IMG/VR virus record: IMGVR_UViG_3300042349_000638
DNA from: an uncultured virus (IMG/VR IMGVR_UViG_3300042349_000638)
Lineage: Duplodnaviria; Heunggongvirae; Uroviricota; Caudoviricetes
DNA length: 64,000 bases
Direction: 5' to 3' (one strand)
The translations under genes were made by a program, and so were the position numbers. Positions 62,773 to 64,000 of this stretch are shown here, piece by piece. Numbering within the stretch: the first letter of the stretch is position 1; every line of letters begins with the position of its first letter. Under the pieces are notes generated by a model, which was given only the letters and a program-made list of their open reading frames with translations, was not told the origin of the DNA and searched no databases.

Positions 62773-63828
62773 TTAACTTAAACGTGCAGTGACAAATGAG
62801 GTTACTTGATCTGTCAACTTATTTGTTGTTGCTCCTAAAGATAAAGCATTTGCATCTGGATTGATTGCGATAGGTGGATCATTTACATCACCAAGATAGA
62901 AATTTAAATCTTCATGAGCATATATTTCTGCAGTTGCAACATCAGTACTATTCAAATATAGAGCAAATGTAGAATTAGATTTAATTTCAGATGGAAGTGC
63001 ATCGTAAAATGTTCTTGCGCGTTCAAATCTATCTGTTGCTCCTCTAGTGACAACCAAAAAAGGACAAAATGCCGAAGAAGCACTTCTAAAGGGAGATGCT
63101 GCTTGATAAAAAATCAAACAATTTTGTCTTCCTGTTGTTGAATTTGGATAATCTGTAGTATATGTTGTTCCTCCAATTGGTATTGGTGGAATTGCAAAAG
63201 CGTTTGCATATACAATTTGAGATTTAATATTAGATCCACCTACATCAGTGTTAGTATCCCGAATAATTGTTTCAATATCATATCCATCAGTATCTAAAGA
63301 AATGCATCCTTTAATAGCAGATCTCAAAGCATTTCTCTGTGCAGTTGTAGTATATGCACTATTAATATAAGTTGTATTTGTGCATAATAGTGAAACTAAA
63401 TGTGCTCCAGCACTATGCCCAGCAGCAACAATTTTGTTTGGATTTCCTCCAAAACGATTAACATTTTCAAAAGTCCACCTCAAAGCAGTAACCACATCAT
63501 TTATATGATTTGGATGACGTACTCTATTTGTCGCCCAAGTTCCAATATTTGTAGATGGTATTGGGCTTAATCTATAATTTACCGTTACAAAAATATAACC
63601 CAAAGAATTGAAAAATCTCGCTTTAGAATATGTTGATGATCCTTTATCACCAACTGTCCATGCTCCACCATGAACCCAGAAAATGACAGGTCTATTTCCA
63701 TAAATTCCTTCATTTAGATGATATACATCTAGATTTAATAAATTTTGAGTAACTCCAGAAATAGTATTATGAGATATATTTAATATCGGAGAATTATCCT
63801 CAGATAAAAACAATCCTTGAATTGACAT
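62773..63828 (-). CDS. Alpha/beta hydrolase (GDXG esterase/lipase family)
   Basis: VHGGAW..GDK, VNYRL, GHSAG nucleophile motif. Confidence 0.85.
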   Translation of the reverse strand: MSIQGLFLSEDNSPILNISHNTISGVTQNLLNLDVYHLNEGIYGNRPVIFWVHGGAWTVGDKGSSTYSKARFFNSLGYIFVTVNYRLSPIPSTNIGTWATNRVRHPNHINDVVTALRWTFENVNRFGGNPNKIVAAGHSAGAHLVSLLCTNTTYINSAYTTTAQRNALRSAIKGCISLDTDGYDIETIIRDTNTDVGGSNIKSQIVYANAFAIPPIPIGGTTYTTDYPNSTTGRQNCLIFYQAASPFRSASSAFCPFLVVTRGATDRFERARTFYDALPSEIKSNSTFALYLNSTDVATAEIYAHEDLNFYLGDVNDPPIAINPDANALSLGATTNKLTDQVTSFVTARLS

Positions 63829-64000
63829 TAGGTAACTCCCGCACCAGTAAGAGCAAAACTATTCGTCCCAACGCATAAAATAGTTGCCAGAGCATATGAA
63901 TTTAATCCTCTTGGTCCTGTATCGCCAATAGCAGCTCTTCTTAAGGTTACGCCAGCAGATGGAGTTAGCATTTGAACAGAAGCACTATTGTTGTATATGG
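63828..64000 (-). CDS. 3' end of a probable tail-fibre-like protein
   Basis: Open frame ending ...GVTLRRA...TG.R.L..YALATILCVGTN.F..TGAGVT*, stop overlapping the hydrolase start. Confidence 0.55.
   Translation of the reverse strand, partial: IYNNSASVQMLTPSAGVTLRRAAIGDTGPRGLNSYALATILCVGTNSFALTGAGVT

Noticed and set aside
1..64000. tRNA, rRNA, introns, integrase or IS elements
   Set aside because: No cloverleaf/T-loop context, interrupted core gene, recombinase or transposase recognised by eye; tRNAscan-SE and Infernal should confirm

Overview
This is a 64-kb segment of a T4-like cyanophage (cyanomyovirus, Kyanoviridae-like) genome, with essentially all real genes on the minus strand. From left to right: (1) baseplate genes gp6 and gp25, speD and conserved cyanophage core ORFs (1-4.7 kb); (2) a sharply bounded GC-rich island of tiny ORFs that seems to lack GGCC and CCGG (4.8-7.2 kb, fading to about 9.9 kb); (3) a repeat-rich block that looks like a replication origin (9.9-10.6 kb); (4) a long early/accessory region of small ORFs (10.6-47 kb); (5) a tail-fibre island (47-64 kb). 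The accessory region is punctuated by about 25 copies of a 22-bp palindrome placed about 30 bp upstream of a -10 box. It also holds two diverged, largely collinear copies of many genes, two homing-endonuclease elements, a peptide deformylase, two dTDP-glucose dehydratase-like genes and two restriction-modification-like loci, each with the same split, order-swapped adenine methyltransferase. The tail-fibre island has a chaperone-capped fibre, four RCC1-repeat propeller genes with constant scaffolds and variable loops, and a glycosyl-, methyl- and sulfo-transferase cluster. No tRNA, rRNA, CRISPR array or reverse transcriptase was seen. All calls come from motif recognition by eye; no database searches were run.
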